From positions 1,108-65,107 of the forward strand of contig CAYJLK010000003.1 of the NCBI GenBank assembly GCA_964371445.1: a stretch of DNA of 64,000 nucleotides, read 5' to 3'. The number at the start of each line of letters is the position of its first letter. The stretch's first letter is position 1. Of the stretch, positions 63,786 through 64,000 are shown piece after piece. The DNA comes from an uncultured Candidatus Saccharibacteria bacterium (GTDB lineage Bacteria > Patescibacteriota > Minisyncoccia > Phycocordibacterales > Phycocordibacteraceae). The notes beneath the pieces are model-generated. The model was not told where the DNA came from and made no database searches. It saw nothing but the letters and a program-made list of their open reading frames with translations. A program made the position numbers and the translations under genes.

Positions 63786-64000
63786 TTAATGACTCGGTCG
63801 AAGATGGAAGCCGCGGATGGTCCGCGTGGTGAAATAGAGTGCCACGAGCGCTATGAGCGCTAGCGCCTCAATATAGATGAATGAAGGGTCGAAGATGCTC
63901 GTGCCGGCGCGATAGTGACTAACGGCGCTCGTGCCGAACAAAAACGTCCCGTATATCGCGACGAGTTCGTTGAACCAATGGATCCATCCTTGCGCCGGAT
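63786..64000 (-). CDS. 3' end of a CDS continuing beyond the window (C-terminal TM helix)
   Basis: Open frame from the window edge ending ...IYIEALALIALVALYFTTRTIRGFHLRPSH-TAA at 63786-63788. Not in the ORF track because no start codon lies inside the window. Confidence 0.45.
   Translation of the reverse strand, partial: PAQGWIHWFNELVAIYGTFLFGTSAVSHYRAGTSIFDPSFIYIEALALIALVALYFTTRTIRGFHLRPSH

Noticed and set aside
1-64000. CRISPR arrays, rRNA genes, IS transposases, integrases/recombinases, prophage structural gene clusters.
   Set aside because: Searched by eye for regular short direct repeats with spacers, 16S/23S-like conserved stretches, and DDE/tyrosine-recombinase motifs among ORFs; none found. 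The only repeats are the ychF-tail copies, the palindrome-bearing direct repeats and the AAGGTTCRACCTT hairpins.

Overview
High-GC (roughly 60%, judged by eye) gene-dense bacterial chromosomal segment. Nearly all genes are on the minus strand and most are housekeeping. Replication/repair: recR, dnaB, ung, pcm, ogt, an HhH-GPD glycosylase. Seven aminoacyl-tRNA synthetases: cysS, gltX, aspS, trpS, tyrS, alaS, leuS. Cell-envelope cluster: murG-ftsW-mraY-DD-carboxypeptidase, plus M23 and CtpA peptidases and mltG. Chaperone operon grpE-dnaK-dnaJ. Ribosomal/alpha operon infA-rpmJ-rpsM-rpsK-rpsD-rpoA-rplQ and rplM-rpsI, plus rplI and rpmA. Other: scpA/scpB, mnmA, ychF, pyrD, pepA, pepO, and one tRNA-Tyr(GUA). 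No rRNA, CRISPR array, transposase or integrase was seen. Several traits give a reduced-genome flavour and suggest a Patescibacteria/CPR-like or similarly streamlined lineage (inference only): short AspRS and AlaRS, an archaeal-type PurO, a Cys-less L36, many short or leaderless 5' regions, and many small membrane proteins. Accessory or unusual content stands out on composition and repeat structure. (1) leuS carries two in-frame, AT-richer insertions encoding an alpha/beta serine hydrolase domain and a Nudix-like domain. (2) Immediately downstream of ychF is a tandem cassette array delimited by diverged copies of the last ~10 codons of ychF; each cassette has promoter, one small gene and terminator. 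(3) A 2.3 kb lower-GC islet between rpsI and grpE is bounded by ~50 bp direct repeats that each contain a 21 bp perfect palindrome; it carries an HExxH metallopeptidase-like gene and small unknown genes, each with a near-consensus promoter and intrinsic terminator. (4) A low-GC HicB/HicA-like pair. (5) An ATP-cone-restriction-endonuclease fusion inside a DNA-repair neighbourhood, with a PD-(D/E)XK nuclease, ogt, pcm and ung. (6) A recurring near-palindromic AAGGTTCRACCTT hairpin motif at gene boundaries.
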